From NCBI RefSeq assembly GCF_051307035.1, contig NZ_CP195536.1, positions 1,560,001 to 1,592,000 of the forward strand: a stretch of DNA of 32,000 bases. Direction: 5' to 3'. Below, piece by piece: positions 10,181 to 18,822 of the stretch; positions within the stretch are counted from its first letter, which is position 1; each line of letters opens with the position of its first letter. This stretch comes from Psychrobacter sp. DM4. Its GTDB lineage: Bacteria > Pseudomonadota > Gammaproteobacteria > Pseudomonadales > Moraxellaceae. The notes beneath the pieces were generated by a model, which worked only from the letters and a program-made list of their open reading frames with translations, did no database searches and had not been told where the DNA came from. The position numbers were made by a program, and so were the translations under genes.

Positions 10181-11284
10181 ATGACCTCTATGCCACGCAC
10201 GGACACTGACGTCTACCACAACACCTCTCAACCGTTGAGCAGTGACTTATCGCATGCCAACACGATGGCATTGTCTTGCACTGCTAACGAGGTAGTCACA
10301 GTTACTGATGAGGCGCAGCTTGATAAGTTCATGAGCACAGCGGATGACACCGTATTTGTATTATCAGGGGGTAGCAATGTACTCCTGCCAGCACGCTTGA
10401 ACATCACAGTACTTCGACCTCTAATGCGCGGTATTACTGTCCTTGATCAAACGTTAGAACATATTGATATTGAAGTTATGGCGGGTGAGAACTGGCACGA
10501 TTTGGTCGTTTATACGGTCGCGCAAGGCTGGTATGGACTTGAGAATTTAGCTTTGATCCCTGGCTTGACTGGCGCTGCTCCCGTACAAAACATCGGTGCT
10601 TATGGCGTTCAGCTAGAAGATACCCTACACTCCCTCAAAGCCTATCACATCCCAACTAAAACCTGGCACCAGCTCTCGCCAAGCGACTGTCAATTCGGGT
10701 ATCGGGATAGCATATTCAAACATGCTCCTAATACTTGGCTGATTACTCGCGTTACCTTTCGCTTGCATTTAGACGAGAATCGCGTGCTTGCCAGCTATGG
10801 AGATGTAAAGAGCATCGCACAGGAGCACGCCAAGCAGCAAGGGCGTTTGGGTCTTACCCCGAGCGATGTGATGCATGCCATCATAGACATCCGCTCACAA
10901 AAACTCCCTGATCCTAAGCAGTTGCCCAACTGTGGTAGTTATTTTCAAAATCCTATTATTTCTCAAGCGCAGTTTTTGGCATTACAGACGACTTATCCTG
11001 ATATAAAAGGTTATCCTCTGCCTGAGGCAAGGGTTAAAGTAGCCGCAGGCTGGCTTATTGAACAGGCAGGTTTAAAGGGAAGCGGCGTCGCTCCTATTAT
11101 GACTCATATACATCAAGCCTTGGTGCTTACCAACCATGCTCCCTTTACAGCTACGCAAAGCGATGTTGCTCTCGCGCAAGCGCATATTATTAGTAGCGTT
11201 TATGATAAATTTGCGATCACGCTAAATCGTGAGCCTGTGTGGGTGAATATGGATGGCTCTATCGGACAAGATAGTTATGTCTGA
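10181..11284 (+). CDS. murB: UDP-N-acetylenolpyruvoylglucosamine reductase
   Basis: 367-aa ORF with LSGGSNVLL, GLENLALIPG, PVQNIGAYGV, CQFGYRDSIFKH and AAGWLIEQAGLKG. It is colinear with E. coli MurB as I recall it. The N-terminus may be about 25 aa shorter than drawn. Confidence 0.93.
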   Translation: MTSMPRTDTDVYHNTSQPLSSDLSHANTMALSCTANEVVTVTDEAQLDKFMSTADDTVFVLSGGSNVLLPARLNITVLRPLMRGITVLDQTLEHIDIEVMAGENWHDLVVYTVAQGWYGLENLALIPGLTGAAPVQNIGAYGVQLEDTLHSLKAYHIPTKTWHQLSPSDCQFGYRDSIFKHAPNTWLITRVTFRLHLDENRVLASYGDVKSIAQEHAKQQGRLGLTPSDVMHAIIDIRSQKLPDPKQLPNCGSYFQNPIISQAQFLALQTTYPDIKGYPLPEARVKVAAGWLIEQAGLKGSGVAPIMTHIHQALVLTNHAPFTATQSDVALAQAHIISSVYDKFAITLNREPVWVNMDGSIGQDSYV

Positions 11285-12098
11285 TAAGCCAAAACCTAAG
11301 AAGCTAAGTTCCAAAAACCCAAGCGCTAAAAAACCAAAACAACCCTGGTCTAAGCGTTTATGGCGGCACTATTTACGCTCAGCTGAGCGTATGCTCAAGC
11401 TATTTCGTATAATTAATATTACTTTTGTCGTTGGGTCTACGTTAGTTGTTCTGACGATTATTAGCCTATTTACCCCGCTGTTTTCTCGCGGTACTTTATT
11501 TATACTCAGTCACTTGCCTCTGCCAAGCGTTCCTAGCGATTATAAAAAGAGGGAGCCAAGCGCCTACGTAGTGCTCGGCGGCGGTCTGACTAACGATATT
11601 AACAATCACGTTATTCTTAATAAATATAGTCTCAATCGTATACGCACAGTAGCAGGCGCTTATCATAACAAGCCTTTGCCTATTATTTTGAGCGGTGCTG
11701 AAGCGCCTTGGATGAATCAGTGGCTGGTTGAGCATGGTATCTCTGAGCAGCTAAGCGAAAACGCGAGTATGAATACTTGTGAAAATGCCCGCTTTACCGC
11801 TAAGCGCACGCCGCTACGACACGTCTACCTCATCACAGATAGCTATCATATGACTCGGTCTCGGCGTCAATTTGCCTTAAATGGCGTCTATAGCACTCCT
11901 ATCAATGCCTCGCTACCTGTCAGACGTGATTGGATGAAGCCTGCACAAAACTTAAGTCATTCAAGACGCGCCGTCTATGAAACTGCGGCCTATCTACGTG
12001 ATTTGCTTCGTCCTCAAATGGACTGCCGACGTGCTGAAGATATTAGCAAGCAGCAACTGCTTACGCCCCGCGGTGATGTCAAGAAACCCTCTGAGTAA
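11253..12098 (+). CDS. DUF218-domain envelope protein (ElyC/YdcF-like) with a Lys/Pro-rich cytoplasmic tail and one TM segment
   Basis: It has a TM segment INITFVVGSTLVVLTIISLF, then YVVLGGGL and LITDSYHMTRS, which resemble DUF218 core motifs. An alternative start at ATG 11277 overlaps the murB stop (ATGTCTGA). Confidence 0.7.
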   Translation: MALSDKIVMSDKPKPKKLSSKNPSAKKPKQPWSKRLWRHYLRSAERMLKLFRIINITFVVGSTLVVLTIISLFTPLFSRGTLFILSHLPLPSVPSDYKKREPSAYVVLGGGLTNDINNHVILNKYSLNRIRTVAGAYHNKPLPIILSGAEAPWMNQWLVEHGISEQLSENASMNTCENARFTAKRTPLRHVYLITDSYHMTRSRRQFALNGVYSTPINASLPVRRDWMKPAQNLSHSRRAVYETAAYLRDLLRPQMDCRRAEDISKQQLLTPRGDVKKPSE

Positions 12099-12210
12099 GA
12101 ATTAATTTGATGTTCTAGCGGTAGTACATACTCACTTCGCTTTTCTTCACCTGTTAAACTTGCAATAAGTATATAATAATAGAGTTTATCGCTATCAAAA
12201 GAGACTTGCC

Positions 12211-12525
12211 ATGCTCAGTATGTTTTTACTTATTCCATTAAGCTTGATGCTGTTCGTTGTGGCTATATGGGCTGTACGCTATGCTGTTAAATCCAATCAG
12301 TTTGAAGACTTAGACAATGCCTCACAGCGTATTATATTAGAAGATCGTCAAGAGCGCCGGCAAGTCATACAGTCTCACAGTCCTCAGCCAATTAACGAAG
12401 ATACTGTAAAGACTAGTGCTGCTGCTGATAAAGTGCTTTTAGACGATGTTGAAGCTAGGCCCGTCAGTGCTTCTCAGACGACAAGTAGTGAAGACTCTCT
12501 TAGTGATAATCAAACCAAACCATAA
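12211..12525 (+). CDS. ccoS: cbb3-type cytochrome oxidase maturation protein CcoS/FixS with a long C-terminal extension
   Basis: The N-terminal 47 aa, MLSMFLLIPLSLMLFVVAIWAVRYAVKSNQFEDLDNASQRIILEDRQ, match the CcoS pattern of one TM segment followed by Q[FY][DE]DL[DE]...RIL.[DE]D. Typical CcoS proteins are about 50-70 aa, whereas this one is 104 aa. Confidence 0.75.
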   Translation: MLSMFLLIPLSLMLFVVAIWAVRYAVKSNQFEDLDNASQRIILEDRQERRQVIQSHSPQPINEDTVKTSAAADKVLLDDVEARPVSASQTTSSEDSLSDNQTKP

Positions 12526-12601
12526 ATAGTAGTGATTCTTATCAGATTTTATTTTCTATATTTGTCCAAACGAGTGTCAGGATCTTGAAGAGAGCTTATA
12601 T

Positions 12602-13468
12602 ATGACTACCGCATTGCTGGTTGCCGCGTTTTTAATGGGATTTTTGGGATCGCCGCATTGCTTGGGTATGTGTGGTGGTTTGGTCGCCGCCTTTAGCCTA
12701 TCGATGAAAGATGTGAGCCCTGCCAAACGTCGACGGCTCATCGCCACTTACCATTTTGGACGCTTGATCAGTTATTCTATTTTAGGCTTGATAGCTGGTC
12801 TCATAGGTACAACAGTCTTAGAGCCTTTGATGAGAGGCAACAGTATGCCGCGTATTTTGTTAGGGCTAGTGTTAGTATTCGTTGGCGTTACTATGCTAGG
12901 CGCGCCATTTTTGAGTAGACTTGAGCGCGTTGGTATGCGTTTTTGGCAGTATTTGAGCCCTATACGTCAAAAGGTATTTCCATTGAATACCTACCCGCGT
13001 GCTATGGCAGCGGGTCTACTATGGGGCTATCTACCATGCGGTTTGGTCTATGGCGCGCTACTTATTGCCGTTGTCGCGCACAATCCTTTGGGCGGCGCAG
13101 CGCTTATGTTCGTCTTTGGACTTGGTACGATACCGATGCTCGTTGCCACTCATGAGACAGTAGGCTGGTTACGCGACAAAATTGGTCGTTTGCGCCTGCG
13201 TCAAATCAACGGCGTTATCATGATACTTTCAGGCCTAGCAGTAGCCTTTGTCCCTATGGTTATGCAAAACAGACATAGTGGTGCTCAGATGAATCACGGT
13301 AGTCCTTCTAGTATGATGTCGAATAGCCATAGTCAGCATAATACAAATGATATGAGCTACGACATGACAGATACGGCTGACAAGGATTCAATGAGTCACA
13401 ATATGACTGGTGTAGATAATACAGATAATATGAGTAATAGCTTAGAACAACATCAAACCGCTGAATAA
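12602..13468 (+). CDS. Polytopic membrane protein of the DsbD_2 / TauE-SafE-like group usually found next to ccoS, with a Met/His-rich C-terminal tail
   Basis: N-terminal GSPHCLGMCGG motif, multiple hydrophobic segments and a second conserved YLPCGLVYGAL motif. The last 68 residues contain 9 Met and 6 His. Confidence 0.7.
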   Translation: MTTALLVAAFLMGFLGSPHCLGMCGGLVAAFSLSMKDVSPAKRRRLIATYHFGRLISYSILGLIAGLIGTTVLEPLMRGNSMPRILLGLVLVFVGVTMLGAPFLSRLERVGMRFWQYLSPIRQKVFPLNTYPRAMAAGLLWGYLPCGLVYGALLIAVVAHNPLGGAALMFVFGLGTIPMLVATHETVGWLRDKIGRLRLRQINGVIMILSGLAVAFVPMVMQNRHSGAQMNHGSPSSMMSNSHSQHNTNDMSYDMTDTADKDSMSHNMTGVDNTDNMSNSLEQHQTAE

Positions 13469-13492
13469 ACATATTTAATAAAATGCGAGCAT

Positions 13493-13531
13493 AAAAAAGC
13501 CCTCAAACTTATATAAGTAGTGAGGGTTTTT
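13493..13531. terminator. Bidirectional intrinsic terminator between the convergent DsbD_2-like gene and rhlB
   Basis: aaaaaa, then stem gccctca...tgagggt (13499-13505 and 13521-13527) with additional actt/aagt pairing, then ttttt. Confidence 0.75.
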
Positions 13532-13592
13532 GCTATAAATAACTGCTATTCAACAACACACGGCATAGTTTTTAACGTTTGCCGCTAATACC

Positions 13593-14750
13593 TTAGGGCG
13601 CTTGCCACTGCTCAAGACTAAACTTAGTATCTAAGTGCTTCTCAAGCGCTGGCAGATTAAAAGCATCGTCTTCGCTCACAAAGCTGATACTGATACCTGC
13701 TTGCCCTGCGCGTCCAGTACGACCAATACGGTGTACATAATCATCTGGCTGTTCAGGTAACGTATAATTGACCACGTGGCTGATGTCATCGACATGAATG
13801 CCGCGTCCTGCTACATCTGTTGCGACCAATACCGACGCACCGCCGTCTTTAAAGCGCTGCAAGTACTTTTCGCGCTTTTGTTGAATGACGTCTCCTGATA
13901 ACATCACAACTTTGTAGCCTTGACGTAGCTTGTCATACAAACGTTTGACCTGATCTTTACGATTGGCAAAAACAATAACCTTATCAACTGCGCTATCCTC
14001 CAAGATACCTTGTAACGCCTGCAGTTTTTGATTTTCGGTCAACAGGTAAAAGCGTTGATCCACCAAATCACTGGTTTTGTGCTCAGGCTCAATCTCAACG
14101 AATTGCGGCTCATGCAACCAGCGATAAGCCAGATTCATCACGTCTTGATTAAAGGTCGCCGAGAACAATAAACTTTGGCGATCGGTGTTGGGCGGCATAC
14201 GTCCAACCAAACGTTTGATATCTGGGATAAAACCCATATCAAGCATACGATCCGCTTCATCAAGCACCAAGACTTCAACCCGATCTAAATAGACCATGCC
14301 TTTATTCACAAGGTCTATTAGGCGACCTGGAGTTGCGATTAGTACATCGACGTATTGGCGCTCAAGCTCATGCTGCTGAGTGTCGTAGTTGGTGCCACCC
14401 ATGATACAGACGCTATGCAAAGAGGTATATCTGGTCAGTGCCACGCAATCCTCAAATATCTGCTGTGCAAGCTCCCGTGTTGGTGCCATGACAACAGCAC
14501 GCGGCTCACCCAAAAACCGCGATTCATCAGTAGCAAAGGGTCGTTTGAGAAGTGCCTCCATGATAGTAATTAAAAAGGTAGCGGTTTTGCCTGTTCCCGT
14601 CTGCGCCTGCCCAATAGCATCTTGATGTGCTAGAGTATGCGGCAGGATTTGCGCTTGAATATCAGTAAGCTCAGTGAAGCCCAGATCCTCTACTGCTCGC
14701 AGGGTCGACGCTGACAAAGGCAGATCGGTAAATGCGGTAAAATGACTCAA
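13593..14750 (-). CDS. rhlB: ATP-dependent DEAD-box RNA helicase (RhlB-like, lacking the Arg-rich C-terminal tail)
   Basis: 385-aa ORF with motif I AQTGTGKT, Ia MAPTRELA, II DEAD, III SAT and VI HRIGRTGRAG. GQAQTGTGKT, VEIEPEHKT and LSGDVIQQKR mirror E. coli RhlB as I recall it. Confidence 0.85.
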   Translation of the reverse strand: MSHFTAFTDLPLSASTLRAVEDLGFTELTDIQAQILPHTLAHQDAIGQAQTGTGKTATFLITIMEALLKRPFATDESRFLGEPRAVVMAPTRELAQQIFEDCVALTRYTSLHSVCIMGGTNYDTQQHELERQYVDVLIATPGRLIDLVNKGMVYLDRVEVLVLDEADRMLDMGFIPDIKRLVGRMPPNTDRQSLLFSATFNQDVMNLAYRWLHEPQFVEIEPEHKTSDLVDQRFYLLTENQKLQALQGILEDSAVDKVIVFANRKDQVKRLYDKLRQGYKVVMLSGDVIQQKREKYLQRFKDGGASVLVATDVAGRGIHVDDISHVVNYTLPEQPDDYVHRIGRTGRAGQAGISISFVSEDDAFNLPALEKHLDTKFSLEQWQAP

Positions 14751-14823
14751 AAAACCATCCTTTTAATAGACTTGATCGCAGTTTTTATATTGATAAGGCG
14801 ATATAATAGGTATGTAAAAGTAC

Positions 14824-14898
14824 AAAAAAGCCAAGCTTGTTATCACTCCTTTACTGGCAACCTGCTATATCACAGGGCAATAAAGTGAGACAAGCTTG
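14824..14898 (-). terminator. Intrinsic terminator downstream of the cold-shock gene
   Basis: On the minus strand, caagcttgt (complement of 14890-14898) pairs with acaagcttg (complement of 14832-14840) to give a 9-bp basal stem. Further imperfect internal pairing (tcac/gtga, ccug/cagg) follows, then GC and UUUUUU (complement of 14824-14829). Confidence 0.6.
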
Positions 14899-14958
14899 AC
14901 TTGATAGTATATCAGTGCGGACAGTAGATATGACAAACGCGGTAGCACTGTATATTTG

Positions 14959-15174
14959 TTACTCTTCTACTTTTCTAACGTCTTCAGCTTGCAAGCCTTT
15001 GTCGCCTTCTACAACGCTAAATTCAACCTTTTCGCCGTCTTTTAATGAGCGGTAACCCTCGCCTTGAATGGCACGAAAATGGACAAAAATATCTTCACCG
15101 CCGTCGCGCTGAATAAATCCAAAGCCCTTTGCATCATTGAACCACTTAACAGTCCCTTGCTCACGATCTGACAT
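14959..15174 (-). CDS. Cold-shock protein, CspA family
   Basis: [36 protein letters not shown] carries the RNP1 (KGFGFI) and RNP2 (VFVHF-like) motifs. The start is moved to the internal ATG (complement of 15172-15174), which has AGGA 9 nt upstream. The 87-aa version in the track is an upstream over-extension. Confidence 0.93.
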   Translation of the reverse strand: MSDREQGTVKWFNDAKGFGFIQRDGGEDIFVHFRAIQGEGYRSLKDGEKVEFSVVEGDKGLQAEDVRKVEE

Positions 15175-15538
15175 AGCCTGACATCCTAAAAGTGCGCTTA
15201 GACCCACATTCCTTTGCACCATTGCATATAAACGGGTCTAAGAGTAAATATTAAATTTAAGCCCTAATATAACAGCGACTCGAAACTTGTTTTAAATGAT
15301 TATTGCTAAGAATATGTGAATGCTAAAGCCTTTACTTAAGCTGAAATCACGCCCATGCAATACAAACCATCCAAAAATATCATAGCACGGGTTTTTGGTA
15401 ACATAAAGGCTTTTCATGCCACTTTTAATAGTACGATAATTTTTTAGTATTATCTTGGCAAACTGCTATGATAAAACCATTAAAATTTAATCGACTCCAC
15501 AAGTTGACGCTACCCTTTACCTATCTATTGAGACCTGT

Positions 15539-16075
15539 ATGAATAGCATTTCTAATTCAATCCCTAACCCTACTCATAATAAAAATTCTACTAAGACTGC
15601 TTTGACTCATAAGTTATTGTTGGTCAATGGCGTTAATTTAAACTTGCTAGGTAAGCGTGAACCCGAAATTTATGGGCATACTACCCTAGCAGATATTGAG
15701 ACGCGTCTTATCACTCAGGCGGCTAAATATGGCATTGAGATGATCTGTATTCAGTCCAATAGTGAGGGCGAGCTGGTTGATGACATTCAACATTATGGAT
15801 TACTAGCAGAGTCATCAGCCCAAGTCGATGCTATTATTATTAACCCTGCCGCGTTCACCCATACCTCAGTTGCTCTACGTGATGCGCTACTCGCGACGCA
15901 AAAGCCATTTATCGAAGTACATTTGTCTAACGTCCATCAGCGGGAACCTTTTCGTCAGCACTCCTACTTAAGCGATGTCGCTGTTGGTGTCATATGTGGT
16001 TTGGGCGCGTATGGGTATGAGATGGCACTAAATTACTGGGTAACGCACACCTACTCTTTAAATCTTGCGCACTGA
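15539..16075 (+). CDS. aroQ: 3-dehydroquinate dehydratase, type II
   Basis: [31 protein letters not shown] and [15 protein letters not shown] are type II dehydroquinase signatures. About 25 N-terminal residues are extra relative to typical AroQ. Confidence 0.92.
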   Translation: MNSISNSIPNPTHNKNSTKTALTHKLLLVNGVNLNLLGKREPEIYGHTTLADIETRLITQAAKYGIEMICIQSNSEGELVDDIQHYGLLAESSAQVDAIIINPAAFTHTSVALRDALLATQKPFIEVHLSNVHQREPFRQHSYLSDVAVGVICGLGAYGYEMALNYWVTHTYSLNLAH

Positions 16076-16174
16076 CACTATCTAGTGAGTAAGATTAAAA
16101 TCCTGCGATACATAAAACTTAATACTATCAACCACTAGCACTAGCACGACCAACTCAAAGATATGGTGACATAA

Positions 16175-17485
16175 ATGGCTCAAACGTCCGGAAAACGCTT
16201 TATGAAACTTGCTGGCATGACCGCTAGCATCGCGGGCAAAGCGGCTAAAAACTCATTTAAGCATCTATCTAGTGATGAAGAAAAACGCTTGCAGGCGCGC
16301 TCTGAGCTGATGCAAGACGTTGGTATTCAAATTGCAGAAACCCTTGGCGAGATGAAGGGCGCTGTGATGAAAGTGGGACAGATAGCTTCACAGTACAAGG
16401 ATGTGTTTCCGCCTGAGGTGGCCACTGCGTTAGAGAAACTACAAAAAGATGCGCCTGCTATGCCGTATGCACAGATAAAGGTACAAGTAGAGCGTGAACT
16501 CAAAGCGCCTATTCACGAGCTATTCACTGAATTTGAAGAGACGCCTTTTGCCGCTGCATCTATCGGACAAGTGCACAAGGCTGTACTGTCTACAGGTCAA
16601 AGAGTGGTGGTAAAGGTTCAGTATCCTGGCGTCGATGAGAACTGTGATAGCGATCTTAAGCAGGTGCGTATGGCGCTCAAAATCGCAGGTGTGCTCAATA
16701 TGAGCCGTGAGTTACAAGAGCAATTGTTTGATGAGATTCGTAAAAGCTTGCACGATGAGCTTGATTACATCAAAGAGGCGAACAATTTGCGCGTGTTTGG
16801 CGCGTTTCATTCTGATGACAAAGGTCTTATTATCCCAAAGGTCATCGCCAGTCATTCGACCAGACGTATACTGACTTTAACTGAAGAGATGGGCGAAACG
16901 CTTGCTGTGGCAGCAACATGGGACAATGACGTCAAACAAAGAATTGCCACCCATTTGTTTCATTTTAGCGCAGGGCAGCTGTTTGTGCTGTACCGTATGC
17001 ACTGTGATCCGCACCCAGGCAACTTTGCGTTTCGCGCTGATGGTAGCGTTGTCGCTTATGATTTTGGCGGTATTCGTAGCTATAGCGATAGCGAGGTACA
17101 ATTATTCAAGCGTTTTGCTAAACATGCCATTCGCAGTGATGTGACCGCGCTAGAACAAGACTTGATCGCGCTAGATATTCGCAAAGTGGACGATAAAGAA
17201 GTACCGGGTGAGTTTTATCAAAAGTGGCTTGAGATTGGTCTTAAACCGCTATCGGTACCGCCCTATCACGTTGGCGAATTTGATTTTTCTGACAGTCCGA
17301 TACATCACGAAGCCATCACTCAGATGCGCTCATCGCTCAAGTACTTTGGGCAGTTCCAACCTTCAGCGACGACCATGATGCTAGATCGCACCGTATCAGG
17401 ACAGTACTGGAATTTGGTTAATTTGGGCGTTGAGATAGATCTCTTACCTTTAGTGGAGCAGTATTTGGAAATGACGATAGAGTAA
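16175..17485 (+). CDS. ABC1/UbiB-family atypical protein kinase-like protein (soluble form)
   Basis: 436-aa ORF. GAVMKVGQIAS, PFAAASIGQVHKA, VVVKVQYPGV and HCDPHPGNF are ABC1-domain motifs. I see no C-terminal TM helices, so it is not obviously the canonical UbiB. Confidence 0.8.
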   Translation: MAQTSGKRFMKLAGMTASIAGKAAKNSFKHLSSDEEKRLQARSELMQDVGIQIAETLGEMKGAVMKVGQIASQYKDVFPPEVATALEKLQKDAPAMPYAQIKVQVERELKAPIHELFTEFEETPFAAASIGQVHKAVLSTGQRVVVKVQYPGVDENCDSDLKQVRMALKIAGVLNMSRELQEQLFDEIRKSLHDELDYIKEANNLRVFGAFHSDDKGLIIPKVIASHSTRRILTLTEEMGETLAVAATWDNDVKQRIATHLFHFSAGQLFVLYRMHCDPHPGNFAFRADGSVVAYDFGGIRSYSDSEVQLFKRFAKHAIRSDVTALEQDLIALDIRKVDDKEVPGEFYQKWLEIGLKPLSVPPYHVGEFDFSDSPIHHEAITQMRSSLKYFGQFQPSATTMMLDRTVSGQYWNLVNLGVEIDLLPLVEQYLEMTIE

Positions 17486-17605
17486 TCGTTGTTTTGATAT
17501 TCTAAGATTTGACAGCATAAAACAAGACGGCTGAGACTATATCTTGGCAGTCTTGTTGAATTAAAAATTTTAAATAATGATGATTTGGTGAAGTTATGAG
17601 TGTCA

Positions 17606-18457
17606 CTATATGTGCAACGCATGTCCGCATCGATCACAGAAAGTAGCCCCAACTGCGTGACCAAATTTACCACAGTTTGGGCAAGTGACAGGACTGAGCT
17701 GAGGACGCATATTGCGTGCCAGCTCAGCGGTAAATATACCTGTCGGTACCGCAATAATAGCGTAACCGGCAATCATCACCATAGAGGCGATTGCTTGTCC
17801 AATTGGTGTTTTTGGTGACATATCGCCATAACCCGTTGTGGTCACCGTTACTACCGCCCAATAGATAGAGAGCGGAATACTGGTAAAACCATTCTCTGGT
17901 CCCTCTACGACATAGACGATAGAACCAAAGATAGTAACTAGTAAGACTAACGATAAGAAAAAGACTGTGATTTTTTGTTGGCTTGTCTTAAGTGCTGATG
18001 CCAAAAACCCAGCCTGTTGCATATAAGCTTTGAGTTTGAGGACTCGAAACACGCGTAAGATACGTAGAATACGAATGACGATAAGGTATTGAACACCGCC
18101 AAAAACCAAACTCAGATAACTTGGCAATATGGATAATAAATCCACTACGCCAAAGAAGCTAAAGGCGTAACGAAAGCGGTTAGGTGCTGAAAATAGTCTT
18201 AAAATATATTCAAGGGTAAACAAAATAGTAAAGAACCATTCTGCATAGAAGAATATCTTGCCATACTGTAAACGCATGTATAGCACGCTATCAAGCATTA
18301 CCACGCCCACACTGGTCAAAATCGCAATCAGCAGTACAATATCAAAAAACTTACCCAAACGCGTGTCTGTGCCTTCAATAATGATATGAATGCGGTTACG
18401 TAGATGTGTCAGGGCTTCAGCGCTTTTTTGCTTCATAGAATAGGTAAGTTCATTCAA
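17606..18457 (-). CDS. Voltage-gated-type (6-TM) potassium channel with a C-terminal 4-Cys zinc ribbon
   Basis: S4-like segment IRILRILRVFRVLKLK with Arg at every third position, K+ selectivity filter TVTTTGYGD, and C-terminal CPNCGKFGHAVGATFCDRCGHAL. Confidence 0.85.
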   Translation of the reverse strand: MNELTYSMKQKSAEALTHLRNRIHIIIEGTDTRLGKFFDIVLLIAILTSVGVVMLDSVLYMRLQYGKIFFYAEWFFTILFTLEYILRLFSAPNRFRYAFSFFGVVDLLSILPSYLSLVFGGVQYLIVIRILRILRVFRVLKLKAYMQQAGFLASALKTSQQKITVFFLSLVLLVTIFGSIVYVVEGPENGFTSIPLSIYWAVVTVTTTGYGDMSPKTPIGQAIASMVMIAGYAIIAVPTGIFTAELARNMRPQLSPVTCPNCGKFGHAVGATFCDRCGHALHI

Positions 18458-18574
18458 TGTAGAATTAAGAGTGATGAGTAATAGTACAAATGCTCATATA
18501 ACATAGTGGTTCACGGTGGTATAACTAAGCTCAAGTAGTTTATAATAGCGATCACTCATAATGAGTAGATACTA

Positions 18575-18594
18575 TTAGGGCGTGTTGAACATTC
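18575..18594. repeat. Left arm of a perfect 20-bp inverted repeat
   Basis: ttagggcgtgttgaacattc is the exact reverse complement of 18823-18842. Confidence 0.95.
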
Positions 18595-18822
18595 AACCAT
18601 GGCACTGCTGATGCTAAAATTGTTCTAGTCTAAGTAAAAATTAAAGGTAATGCAGATGCCTTGGCTAGATTTTTACAACGAATAGATTAATTTTAGTATC
18701 AGCCTGAAAGGACAGGACTCTTTTTTGCCGCTTCATGGTTAAAAATACACGCTTAGAATAACTAAACTTACTATTTTTAGCTGCGAACCGCCTAAAAAAT
18801 AGTCTCTGTCAGTGCGTATTTG

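Noticed and set aside
12106-12119. FNR/Anr-like half site TTGATgttcTAGCG upstream of ccoS
   Set aside because: Only the left half matches TTGAT-N4-ATCAA, and the right half does not match. A single 5-mer in AT-rich DNA is expected by chance.
13592-13600. ttagggcg, the first 8 nt of the 20-bp inverted-repeat arm, recurring at the rhlB stop codon
   Set aside because: The match ends after 8 nt and lies in the stop codon and C-terminal codons of rhlB. It is a chance 8-mer, not another copy of the element.
17521-17557. Hairpin aacaagac...gtcttgtt in the convergent gap between the ABC1 kinase and the channel gene
   Set aside because: It has an 8-bp stem with a 21-nt loop and no clear U-tract on either strand. 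It may still act as a terminator, but I cannot support the call.
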